A stretch of 63,704 bases of DNA, filler included, from Octopus bimaculoides (taxonomy: Eukaryota): NCBI RefSeq assembly GCF_001194135.2. It is 8 parts of 6 records of this genome, joined end to end, with 100 filler letters (N's around TTAATTAATTAA, not from the genome) between each part and the next. Parts side by side here need not be neighbours in the genome. Positions count along the whole stretch, not along the records: positions 31,915 to 42,307 come from NC_068981.1; positions 42,408 to 47,403 come from NC_068985.1; positions 47,504 to 58,920 come from NC_068981.1; 5 more parts are not named here. The stretch is one strand, 5' to 3'. This document shows, in pieces, positions 37,917-49,936 of the stretch (within the stretch, counting starts at the first letter, position 1; every line of letters starts with the position of its first letter). Position numbers and translations under genes: made by a program. The notes beneath the pieces were generated by a model that did no database searches, was not told where the DNA came from, and saw only the letters and a program-made list of their open reading frames with translations.

Positions 37917-38417
37917 ATGCAAGAGAGTTAGGGGTTGAGGATTCAACCCACTAAGGGATAGTATCTATCCAATATACTGCTGGGAGGGTACCCAATTATT
38001 GTTACACTAGTATTATACCAAGTGTAATAAGTGGGTGTGGGTAAAAGGGGGAGTTGTTTTACCCTAAATTTATAAAGCAATCACAAAATAGAGGACAATA
38101 TGCTGTACCCAACGACTTGCAGATAGTGTATCCCGTTGAATTTATTAACTTAAATTGTAACTAAAGTGACAAAAAACCACAAAGTACAAGTGTTTATGAC
38201 AAACCATGTTATATTGACAGCCGGGTTTACAAATAAAAGTACATAAGGAATGTACTTTTATTTGTAAACCCGGTTGTCAATATAACATGGTTTGTCATAA
38301 ACACTTGTACTTTGTGGTTTTTTGTCACTTTAGTTACATATTAAGATAATTAATTCAACAGGATACACTGTCTGCATGTCGTTGGGTACAGCATATTATC
38401 CTCCATTTTCTAATTGT
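37917..38417. mobile_element. Asymmetric palindromic element within a (TA)n array
   Basis: Arms 38078-38244 and 38250-38416 around a 5-nt loop (AAGGA); ~160-bp unpaired extension on the left; (TA)n on both flanks. Confidence 0.85.
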
Positions 38418-38871
38418 TATATATATATATATATATATATATATGAAGATAATTTTATAATTTCGTTAAAACGAAAAATATAAATACGACTACAGATGGA
38501 AGTACTCAGGTAACAGAGACGAAAGGGAAAATAAATTGAAAGGTATAATGAATAAACACTCTAAATATATATGAAAATTATTAGGGCATTCAATGGTAAA
38601 ACCCAATAGTATAAAATATACACATATATATGTATATATATTAAAATATATATTAAAGTTTATATTAGGCCTATGGCACTCTTTTCCTGTTTCATCCTCT
38701 AAAAAAATTATCTTAGGGTGTATGGAAATTACTAATTTTAGTTAATATACGCACATGTGACTTACAATAACTTCATCTTTGGTATGAAGCTGTAAAACAG
38801 ATAAAAATAGTTACCACATCTGATCTAATAATAAAACTAATGTGACGTATAATAACCTGCATAATCTTCAT

Positions 38872-38919
38872 ATTATTATTATTATCATTATTATTATTAT
38901 TATTATGATTATTATTATG

Positions 38920-38955
<36 letters not shown>

Positions 38956-39028
38956 GCTATTATTATCACTGCTACGACTACCATTTTTACTCTTATTATT
39001 TTCTATTTACATCATTATTATTATTATG

Positions 39029-39088
<60 letters not shown>

Positions 39089-39181
39089 GCTATTATTATT
39101 ACTGCTACGACTACCATTTTTACTCTTATTATTTCTATTTACATTATTATTGTTATTATTATTATCATTATTATTATTAGG

Positions 39182-39258
<77 letters not shown>

Positions 39259-39330
39259 TATTATTATCATTATTATTATCATTATTATTATTATTATTAA
39301 TACTATCATCATTATTATCATCGTTATAAT
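38872..39330. repeat. Long (ATT)n array with a 133-bp internal duplication
   Basis: Island GCTATTATTA.ACTGCTACGACTACCATTTTTACTCTTATTATTT..CTATTTACAT occurs at 38956-39011 and 39089-39143. Confidence 0.92.
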
Positions 39331-40154
39331 AAGTGTACCCACTAAAACAATATGCGAGCGAGTATACTCCCAACCCCAGACACAGATACACACTCGCTCG
39401 CATACACACACATATGCCCAAATATATATTGATCTTTAATATTGCCGTTAACCAAAACGCTGCATTCTGACCGCTTGGTGACCGCTTGCCCCGGAGTAAG
39501 TTTCGTAAGAGAAATACACAGCGCGAAAAGATAATCGGTTTCTTTCAAAATATAACAATAAAAATAAAAAAAAAATATCCTTCAACGTTTCTTCAATTTT
39601 ATTGCTTGTGCATCATTAAATAAAAGGAATATCCAATAATACGATTATTATTATTCCGCATTTGTTTATATTGCATCTGATTGCGAAGTGTCCTCGAGCT
39701 ATCGAAATGGGTCAACAGACTATAAAGAAGCAAGAGAAATGTGAAGCGGCCTCTGTATTGTCAGAAAGAATGGCGCATGAAAGTAAACAGTGTCACTGAC
39801 ATTGTTCTGTGTATGTGTCCACTTCTTGGAGATTTACTGTAATTTTGGACAAGTTCTTGGAAGAAGAAAATATAAAGAAAAGAGTATTTGAAAACGACAA
39901 TGTACACACCGTTTGTTAATACAATCCCTTTCCAAATTTGGAACGTGATAAGCTTAACATCTCTCCCTTAAGTTTCCCAGTAATATGAGAGATTAAACAC
40001 ATGTTCACGCACGTACTTTCATACACAAACACAATTACCTCCAATACATACATACTTACATACATGCATACATACATACACACACACATACATACATACA
40101 TAGTACATGCATACATTCATACATACATATATACATACACGTCACTCTTACTAT

Positions 40155-40214
40155 CTCTACCTACCTACCTACCTACCTACCTACCTACCTACCTACCGAT
40201 AAATAGATAGATAA

Positions 40215-40261
<47 letters not shown>
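40155..40261. repeat. (CTAC)n and (GATA)n tetranucleotide arrays
   Basis: Direct reading. Confidence 0.95.
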
Positions 40262-42222
40262 NNNNNNNNNNNNNNNNNNNNNNNNNNNNNNNNNNNNNNN
40301 NNNNNNNNNNNNNNNNNNNNNNNNNNNNNNNNNNNNNNNNNNNNNNNNNNNNNNNNNNNNNNNNNNNNNNNNNNNNNNNNNNNNNNNNNNNNNNNNNNNN
40401 NNNNNNNNNNNNNNNNNNNNNNNNNNNNNNNNNNNNNNNNNNNNNNNNNNNNNNNNNNNNNNNNNNNNNNNNNNNNNNNNNNNNNNNNNNNNNNNNNNNN
40501 NNNNNNNNNNNNNNNNNNNNNNNNNNNNNNNNNNNNNNNNNNNNNNNNNNNNNNNNNNNNNNNNNNNNNNNNNNNNNNNNNNNNNNNNNNNNNNNNNNNN
40601 NNNNNATATATATATATATATAAGCGCACGTGTGTGTGTGTGTGTGTGTAAATACATGCAACTGGATACGTGTGTAAATAATTCTCTGTATTCTACGATG
40701 CATAATGAAATTTATGAAATTAGGAGTGGATCGAGAGTGAAGGTTAAGAAGAAACGTTATTAGAGGGAAAACAGCTAAATGGCATATCGACTGCATTAAA
40801 TGTAATAAAAAGCGGCTAAGCATTAACTGTTAAGGCAAAACAAAATGAATCGTTGAAAGAGGAGAATTGTTAAAAACATTGAATCATTCCCAAAATGAGG
40901 AGTTAAATTAAAGGAACCTTAAAGTGACAACAATGATGCATAGTAAACATCTTTTAGCAGTAGTTTTTCCACTAGGAATACTCTACAACAGGAACTGAAG
41001 GGATAATTGTCGCCCCATTAATTATGCTTTCTCCGGTAATATAGAAATATATTATTCCTAATCGCACAATTGCTCTTGCAGTGAATATTGAAAGCTCACA
41101 TTCCATAAAGTAATATGACTGATTATGGTGATATATGCATTTTCTCAAACATATATTTACAAACATATATATAATCGCATAAACACATACACGCACACGC
41201 GCACATACACATACATACTTGCTTATTTCAGAGAAACTCTACTGTCAGAATTCCAAACATCATTGCGATTTATGCTTCTACTTGAGGACTATTTAACACA
41301 TTTTAATCAACAATAAATATAATTTCTTCGCTCTTCCTTCGTAGAAATATTGCGCGATACATAACTGCCATTTCCAGTCATAAACGTATGCGGTATTGAA
41401 AGTGATTGAACTGACTTCAACGGGATCCGAATCTACGTCAGATAATTGATCTAGAAGAACACGATTCGCCTCAAGATTACCTTCTACAAATCGGCATCTA
41501 TTCTAAGCATCTGACAACTGAGCAGGAAAACAAAAAAGAATCCAATTGCTTGTGTGCACATGGGTATGAATTAGCCACGGAATTTACTAGAGAAGAAAGA
41601 TATTCGATCGCTGCATAGACACATTCTGACTATAGTACTTCATCTAAGGAATTGAACAAAACATCTGTATGTATTTTGTGTGTGACTTTGTGAGAAGGTA
41701 AAGCAAGCTAACAATATAAAATAGGATGAGGAACACTCATATGCATAAAAAGCAAAACAAACAGAAAATAGGAACATGTATTTTCATAATATGGTGTCCT
41801 GAAGAGGTTAGCCAGTAAATAAATAAATAACGAAATAAATAAATAAATAAATAAACTTCGTTATCGATAGCGACAATAATGTCTATAAATAGTAACAGCA
41901 GTAGCGCACAATTATAAAGATAATTTATTCACTAAGAATACAATGCAGTAAAGAGGACAAAGACAGAACTTTGCTTTCCTTTTGTAGTCGCACACAGTTT
42001 AGTCTGTCGATGCTTTACAAAACAGAAACTAAAACTTTAAATTACAAACAACATACATACACACATACACACATACACACACATACACATGAACACATGC
42101 ACAGACACACATATACAAACACGCTCACGCTTGTGCGAGTCTGCTTAACTATGTACTTGGTTATATATGTGTATGTGTGTGTTACGTATATATATGAATA
42201 CATATATATGTACATATATAAG

Positions 42223-42264
<42 letters not shown>

Positions 42265-42443
42265 GTAAACACACACACACACACACACACACATCTATAT
42301 ATATATANNNNNNNNNNNNNNNNNNNNNNNNNNNNNNNNNNNNNNNNNNNNTTAATTAATTAANNNNNNNNNNNNNNNNNNNNNNNNNNNNNNNNNNNNN
42401 NNNNNNNTATATATAGTTGTATATATATATATATGTATTTATG

Positions 42444-42503
<60 letters not shown>

Positions 42504-43446
42504 GAGAGAGAGATTTGTATATATTAATAAACGAATGACTAAAAACTAAAAGTTACATAATCACTTTCATTAAGCTTATAACTGTTCCAGCAATAAGGAA
42601 GCTTGCACGTAAATCTCAGATAAACAAACACTTCATTGAATTGACTCTGCGAAGGGTGTATGCTTTCTCAAAGTCAATTGAAAAGAGTATTTGTTTACTC
42701 AGGAAAACGTTCAAATGTATAGTTGCGTCCATATAGACACACTTACAGCATAATACACTCGGGTAGACGTCTGGATAAATTGCGAGAGATAAGTTTATGC
42801 TGGAAGTCAATATACTCTTACCGTGTTTAAACAATTGGTAATTGGAATCGCTTCGGCTAAGTGGTGGAATCCTTTTACACACATACACACACACGCATTT
42901 ATATATAATCAAGACATCATAAAGAAGAATGTATAATTATACGTCTTCAGAATATATTTATTAAAGTATTATTTTCATCGAATTCCAATCCGACCCGTAT
43001 TGTTGCTGGATAAGTGTCCCAGCGTCTTTTGGTGTTGCAGTTATGTGCATTTAGTTGATTTAAAATAAATGAACTGCAGTACATATTCATCCAAAAGTAG
43101 ATATTTCTATGCATCTTTGATCAAGGAGTTACCCATGCGGGTGGGTGAAGCGAGTGCTTATTTAAATTGGTCTAAGGCGGATGACAGTATCAACTATTGC
43201 TACCTGGCTGCGTTGCTGTCCTCAGCTGAATCGACTTCATTGCTACCTTCAGGGTTTGGATTGCTAGAATGAAAATGATTTTTGTTTAGAAGTCAAACTA
43301 AATGGTTTAGTCGGCTAAAGAAGCTTCTTCTAACTTATGTAAGTTCTGGTGCTTGGGCCTTCGTTGCAGAAAGCTAAACTGCTCGAACTCTGAATTAAAA
43401 GGGCTGTGTTTGCATGAGAGAGTGACATCATGATCAAAGTGTCGGA

Positions 43447-43611
43447 TACGTCACAAATCGAATCGTGTGCGCCATTTTGAAAGAGAATCAAAAAGTAAAG
43501 GGGAAACGTATCAGCGGGCTTGAAACTCGGTTCCTGAAGAGACAATAGGATAACGGCTTATGTCACAGAAACGATGTTTGGTTTAGGTGCTCGGCAGCAC
43601 CGTCACGTGAC
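43447..43611 (-). promoter_or_regulatory. CpG-richer patch with CRE-like, YY1-like and USF/CLEAR E-box motifs
   Basis: TACGTCAC 43447-43454, CGCCATTTT 43470-43478, palindromic GTCACGTGAC 43602-43611; motif-only. Confidence 0.25.
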
Positions 43612-44167
43612 TTTTAGAGGTCTCCTGCAACATTTTGTTTCGAAGCCCCATCTCTTCAATCAAAATTCATAATCTACACAGCCTTTATTCATAGCTATAT
43701 TTTACCTTATTCTATCTGAAGTTCAATATTTCACGTTATCCTAAAGACCATATTTAAAAGTACAAGTTAAATTTATTTATGTCTATTAAAAATTTCAATA
43801 AGTAAAACTTCCAGATATGAATAAAAGAGCACTTTTATAATCGAAGCAACTTTCAACCACAAACATGGGGCACTTTTCGCTTTGCGAAATCATCGGCCAT
43901 TTTAGAATAATCAAATTGAGTTTTAGAATTGGTTAGCATGTAAGGAAACAGATCATACAAGTTCATGACTAATAGATGTCATAGACAATCTACAAAGTCT
44001 TGTACACGTTTGTGGTACAATGTAATATTTTTACATGAACTTTTGCAGGTACAATGTATTCCCAATGTATTTCTTGAAATTTTCAGTTAACATAAATGGT
44101 TTAATTCTTATTCAACATCTTAACCAAAGTAAATAGATGACTCATCTACGTACTTTGATCTTAACAT

Positions 44168-44235
44168 GGGGCCCCTCAACTGCGGAGGCCCCCTGCGACC
44201 GCAGGGGTTGCAGGGGGCTTAGCGACGGCCCTAGT
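44168..44235 (+). mobile_element. GC-rich hairpin terminus (Helitron 3' end or MITE end)
   Basis: CCCCCTGC 44189-44196 can pair with GCAGGGG 44201-44207 or GCAGGGGG 44210-44217; CTAG-T at 44231-44235. Confidence 0.35.
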
Positions 44236-44705
44236 GCTTGGATGTTCTTCAGAACAAACCTTCATGTATATCAAAACTGAGAAAGGATCACGAGCAGATT
44301 GATCAGTCTTACCTAGAAATGGGCTGAATAAAAATATCTCCGAAAGTTTGAGAAGAATTAGTTAACGTCTACATTACGTCAATATTACACAACAATCATC
44401 TCCACAAAGTAGCTTTGACACAGAAAATATCCCGTTAGATTGCAGCGTATGCTGTTTCGCTGCACATGGTACCAAGAGTTTTTGCATTTAAGGGGGTCCA
44501 ATTGTACCGATCTCTCATTACAGTAGGATTTAGAGTTGCTGGATTTATGATGCACAGGCACGCTCTAAGGCTGACGCATCTGTAGAGATTAATATGACGA
44601 TGGCGAAGAGGAAGGATGAAGAAGAAGAAAAGAAATAAAGAAAGAAAGGAAAAGGGGAGATGGAAGGAAAATGAAGAAGAAAAAAGTTTTTTCCCGCGCT
44701 TCTTT

Positions 44706-44795
44706 ATGTTCTGAGTTCAAATCCTGTCGAAGGCGATTTTGCCTTTCATTCTTTCAGGTAAAATATAAACCATCAAGTAATGGGGTTCAATGTAC
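44706..44795 (+). mobile_element. Decayed SINE family B fragment
   Basis: GTTCTGAGTTCAAATCC...TTTGCCTTTCATTCTTTCAGG. Confidence 0.7.
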
Positions 44796-45555
44796 CACAA
44801 TCAGAAAGAATTACTATTATTTGTATTAGTAGTATTAACCGTAGTGGTACTAGTAGTAGTAATAATCATAGTAGTAGTAGTAGTGGTGGTGATGGTGGTG
44901 GTGGTGGTCTTAAGGTAGTTGATAACTGTGAAAGGGAAGAGTTGAAGGTTACGAACGAGGTTAAAGATTGTGTGATGGTATTGGCGGACGGTGGACAGTG
45001 GTTGTGGCAGTGGTAGTGATGCTCGGAGAGAATCTGAACGAGATAGATGCTGTTGTGAAAAGAGAGGAAGCAAAAGAACTCTATGGTGTGTGCTTTTAAT
45101 GGGATGTCTCTGATGGTGGCAGCAGCACTAATATTTGCAACAAAGATAAAAAGAAATAGGATCTAACACCGCCGTTAAACACAACGCGCCCACGGAGCTA
45201 ATAGAAACTGTAGCGTATGTATGACACGTAGGCGGGTCGAGTGAAGAACGTCACCCCAAACAAAGTTTTTTTTTAAAATTCACAAATTCACGAAATTGTT
45301 TCTTTCATCTTGGAAGTTGCTAAAACAAGTTTTGCTGCATCAAATAACTGTGAACATTGATATCCACTCTACAGAAATGCTAGCTTCTTTCTGGAGATGA
45401 CCCAATTCGCTCTCCCTTTCACGTATTCTCTCTCCCTCCCGCTTTCTGTCTCTCATTTCCTCTTTCTTTCTCGCTTTCTCTTGCATGCAAAATCTCTTCT
45501 CTCTTTAATATACAATACCCCAACACGTGTGTACGTACGTATGTGTATCTATCTG

Positions 45556-45612
<57 letters not shown>

Positions 45613-46139
45613 TATAGTATATCTTATGTAACATATATATGTATGCATTTTGATCGAATCCCTTACGAGTTAACACGGGGTCTCCTAACGACTATGTAAA
45701 CTTAATATAATCAAGGTATCATTGACCAAAAGAGTAGCTTTCGTTTATATAATTCACTACTTCCGAGGTTCTGCTGGCTATGAAACATATGTAGCCTGGA
45801 TTTTATCTACCCCATTCCCTAATTTTTGAATATATATATATATATAGGTGCAGGTATGTATGTATGTGTGTAATAAATATATGTATGTGTGTAAATTTAT
45901 AATGGCTGAAAACATATTTTGACGTTTCATGCTTATTTTACCGGTTGATTTTTGCCGAACCATTAAGTCAAGTGGACTTAGAAAAATTAAATAACATCGT
46001 TTGTGAAAAACGAGGACAAACACAAAACCGCGCACACACGGCTATGTACATATATTAGTCAACGAACACAAAAGGTAAAACGCGGCAAAGAATAGCTTTA
46101 ACAATAATTGTTTGTATTACTTGAATGTTTAAAAAGAAG

Positions 46140-46520
46140 GGAATCAGTTTTGACGTTTCGGATGTTAGACTTTCATTAGAAGAAAGATGTAAAAGTAAAA
46201 TATAAAAGAATGAGAAAAGGTGATTAAAGAAAAAAGTGAGAATGGAGAAAGAGTTTAGGGGCGCGATGGGAATGAGGTTCTATGGAGAAAAGGAGGAAGA
46301 GGGGCAGTGTGTGCATGTGTAGGAAGGTATCCGTGTATATAGATGGAGATAGAAAGGGTGTATTGATGTAGTGTGTGTGAGGTTTCTTGGGGTGTGCGTC
46401 AGTGTTTGGAGGTGTTAAAATATGGGTGTGTAGTGCCAGGAGATGGGGGAGTGAGAGGATGACGTGTAAGTGTAATTGTATTGTACTTGGGAGGTAGACG
46501 CGGAGGGAAGCAGGACGTAG
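46140..46520 (-). mobile_element. Possible Penelope-like pLTR remnant with decayed minimal hammerhead core
   Basis: Minus strand CTAATGA (46173-46179)...CCGAAACGTC (46152-46161), next to a strongly strand-biased purine-rich tract. Confidence 0.35.
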
Positions 46521-46603
46521 ATATTAGCGCTTGGCTAGCGTATAGATTCCTTCTATTAAATACACTCATAAAGCATTGCTCGGTCAGAGGTATTGCACAA
46601 TAA

Positions 46604-46785
46604 GACACTTGCCCAGAATGTCGCGCCGTGGGATCAAATCTGGAACCACATATCGCCACGTAAACTGATACTTTGGCATACGATAGTTTGACCAAAAGAA
46701 CCGGCTACTGCAAGCAAAAATAAATATTGACAAAAAGAGCATTTTGCCAAATTTGGACATAGGACAGTTTACCATAAGAGCAACT

Positions 46786-46816
<31 letters not shown>

Positions 46817-47030
46817 CGACGGACTTCTTTCAGTTTCTGTCTACGAAATGCACTTACAAAGCTTCAGTTGGTTCGAGGCTATAGTGGAAGACACTTGCCC
46901 AAGATGTCGCGCAGAAGGAAAATATTCTATATAGACTCCCAAGGGTCATATGAGCCCCGGTTGAGGACCGTTGGTCTAAGCGCTCCAAAGCGGTGCCTCA
47001 GCGTGTCCAGAATCCAATGTCTAAAACAAA
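46604..47030. mobile_element. Scrambled family A SINE fragments
   Basis: Minus-strand heads at ~46604-46680 and 46815-46914 (CTTTCAGTTTCTGTCTAC, GAAGACACTTGCCCAAG); plus-strand tail-like AAAGCGGTGCCTCAGC at ~46987. Confidence 0.7.
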
Positions 47031-48033
47031 TTGTGCAAAAAAAAAAAAAACGGATATGAATAACTTAATTCGCATAATTTTTAGTACAAGTACATGTTTA
47101 CTCATTGATAGTATTAGTATTAGTATTATAATGTAAGTATATCTTTAAACGACAATGAGTCATGTAACAGTGAAGTGTGCTGTTGAGGATGCGTGGGAGG
47201 TGTATTTAGTGAGCCGATACGTAAACAGTCCTGTATGAAGTGTACCTTTAAATTCGGTTTATGTACAATATTTCACAGAAGCACTGCGTGCATGTGAACG
47301 GGCGTGGGTGTATAAACATTCGTATATAAAGTCTGTATGTGAGTGTAGATATGTGTGTGTATACATTCATACATACATACATACATACATACATACATAC
47401 ATANNNNNNNNNNNNNNNNNNNNNNNNNNNNNNNNNNNNNNNNNNNNTTAATTAATTAANNNNNNNNNNNNNNNNNNNNNNNNNNNNNNNNNNNNNNNNN
47501 NNNATATATATATATATATATATATAATGTATCAGTCATTACTTCATGTGGACTTATCTGGTACCTCCTTTAAAATTTCTGAACTGTTTTTAAAACATAC
47601 TGCAGCTTCTTCTATGAGAAGTATGCACACTGCTACCTAAATCTGATCGATGATGTCCCATTTATTATTCCACATACATAATCGACTTTGAAAAGCTAAT
47701 AAAACGACTTACATGATTTACAAAGTGTTAAATAATACAGAATAGTTCTACTTTTGCACAATGCATTTCAATTAACTTTAGTTACCCCTGCGGCGGAAGG
47801 ACTTTTCAGACGAATGTTATGTTACCATTCGAAAACTTTTATTCGTGCAATTTTTCTACATCAAATTTCTAAGGGACTTGTTCAATGTTCCATGAGATAG
47901 GATCTAAATTGATGATTCTATATTTTTAGGCGTATTATTACGAGAACTTAAATTATCTTTTTTTAAGAGCTTTTTCGATGACGTCTAACAAGACCGAAAT
48001 GTGTATTACTTTCATCCGTTGTTTTAGGTATTA

Positions 48034-49322
48034 CCAGGTCATCCCATAATAAGTTCTGTCCGATTTTGCCTTTTTAAAAATTGAATGAAATTTAATAGTA
48101 TTTTAGAATGTCTAATGGAATTAAAAATTATTTATATGCATTTGTCTACATTTAAAGTTATTGAATATTATTTTACAGAATAATAGAATTAAAATTTCTT
48201 TGATTAAAACCCCTTCTAACATTGAAGTATCTAAAGAATATTTGAGGCACATAATGCTTTATGAGTACAAAAAAGAAACTCTGCAGCCGAAGCGACTCGA
48301 TGCATACATTCAGTTTATGGGAAAGCATGCTTGAATGAAAGAGATTGCAGAAGATGGTTTGCAAAATTCTGAAGTGGTGATTTCAGCCTTGAAGATGAAG
48401 ATCGAACAGGATGTCCAGTTGAGTTTGATGATAAGCTCCTTTAGGCATTACTTGAAGAAAATCCTGCATTATCAGTTGAAGAATTGGCAATAAAGCTTAG
48501 TTCAAACCATACAACTTATCGTCGTCATCTTCAACAACTTGGAAAGGTTCCTAAACTTGGAAAATGGGTGCCTCATGAATTATCCGAAAGCAGCCGCAAA
48601 TCCCGAGTTGACATCTTTTCTCTCCATTCTCGCAAACTCATTTTACCCTCTTTGGATAAACTTGTGACTGGTGACGAAAAATGGATCTTCTATCGAAATG
48701 TTAAACGTTGTAAATAGTGGCTTGGTAAAAGGGAAAAGGCTCAACCACAATCGAGAATGGAAGTTCATGGAAAAAAGGTTTTTCTCTCTATCTGGTGGGA
48801 TTGCAAAGGAGTAATTCACTTTGAATTGTTACCACTTAATGCAACAATCAATGCTCAAGACTACTGTCAGCAATTAAAGCGTTTGAACCAAGCTTTGAAG
48901 AGAAAAAGACCCGCTTTAGTGAATCGAAAAGAATGATGTTTCATCAGGACAATGCGTGACCCCACACTGCAAAAATCACATCATAGAAGATCGAAGAGCT
49001 TAGTATGAAAAAAAAAAATCCTCATCCACCTTATTCTTCCAACCTTGGTCCTTCAGACTGCCATTTGTTTCGAAGTTCACAGAATCATTTGGGGGACATA
49101 ACTTTCGCAAGCCAGGAGGAGGTCGAAACTGACATTTCAGAGTTCTTCGCTTTGAAACCAAAAGAGTTTTACATTGATGGAATTAAAAAGCTTGTAAATA
49201 GATGGAAGGAAGTCATAGATAATCAGGGAAAGTACATTGATGATTAAATTTCAATTAAATATAACATTTGATCACTTCTTTTCTTTATTCAAAATTCGGA
49301 TAGATCCTATGAGATGACCTGA
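48034..49322 (+). mobile_element. Second, older full-length mariner (~1289 bp), different TIR family
   Basis: Left end CCAGGTCATCCCATAATAAGTTCTGTCCGATTTTG; right end CAAAATTCGGATAGATCCTATGAGATGACCTGA; TA at 48032-48033 and 49323-49324. Confidence 0.92.
48221..49247 (+). pseudogene. Degenerate mariner transposase with several stops and frameshifts
   Basis: EYLRHIMLYEY, LGKWVPHELSE, LVTGDEKWIFY, WWDCKG, HQDNA, PPYSSNLGPSDCHLF, GIKKLVNRW. Confidence 0.93.
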
Positions 49323-49703
49323 TAGATTGACTTCAATAAACTTTTCTTTTAGTTCTTTGTTTTTTAGATTTCAAACATCCGTAGCATGAGATTTTGCTTT
49401 AGTTATTGTCTTGGATTATTACATTTAATCAAAGTATCTATACTATACTGTCTGCACAAATAGAAAGGGGAGAACAAAGTAGCACCACATCAGTTAGATT
49501 CAACAGATAGTTGTCAGGATGAAAAACTGTTCGATTGCTTTCCTTTCCTTTACATTGCAGTCGATAGAACTCATAAGTAAATCATAAATATGCACACAAT
49601 CCATAGCGTCTTAAACCTCAGAACAATGCTAACGCTGTAGTATGATATGATATGATATGATGTGATATGGTGTGAGGGACAACGTTTTACAAGGGCCAAT
49701 ACA

Positions 49704-49936
49704 AAAGGCGGTGAGCTAGCAGAAACGTTAGCACGCCGGGCGAAATGCTTAGCGGTATTTCGTCTGCCGTTACGTTCTGAGTTCAAATTCCGCCGAGGTC
49801 GACTTTGCCTTTCATCCTTTCGGGGTCGATAAATTAAGTACCAGTTACGCACTGGGGTCGATGTAATTGACTTAATCCCTTTGTCTGTCCTTGTTTGTCC
49901 CCTCTATGTTTCGCCCCTTGTGGGCAATAAAGAAAT
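49704..49936 (+). mobile_element. Full-length SINE family B with perfect 13-bp TSD
   Basis: Head GGCGGTGAGCTAGCAGAAACG, B-box-like GAGTTCAAATTCC, core GCCTTTCATCCTTTCGGGGTCGATAAATTAAGTACCAG; AAGGGCCAATACA at 49691-49703 and 49937-49949. Confidence 0.96.

Noticed and set aside
41442-41563. Possible internal exon (AG...GTATGA, open frame IIDLEEHDSPQDYLLQIGIY...)
   Set aside because: Weak polypyrimidine tract and no recognisable protein similarity; such frames are expected by chance.
43534-43580. CTGAAGA...GAAAC hammerhead-like arrangement
   Set aside because: Three extra bases between stem II and GAAA and no stem I pairing; likely chance.
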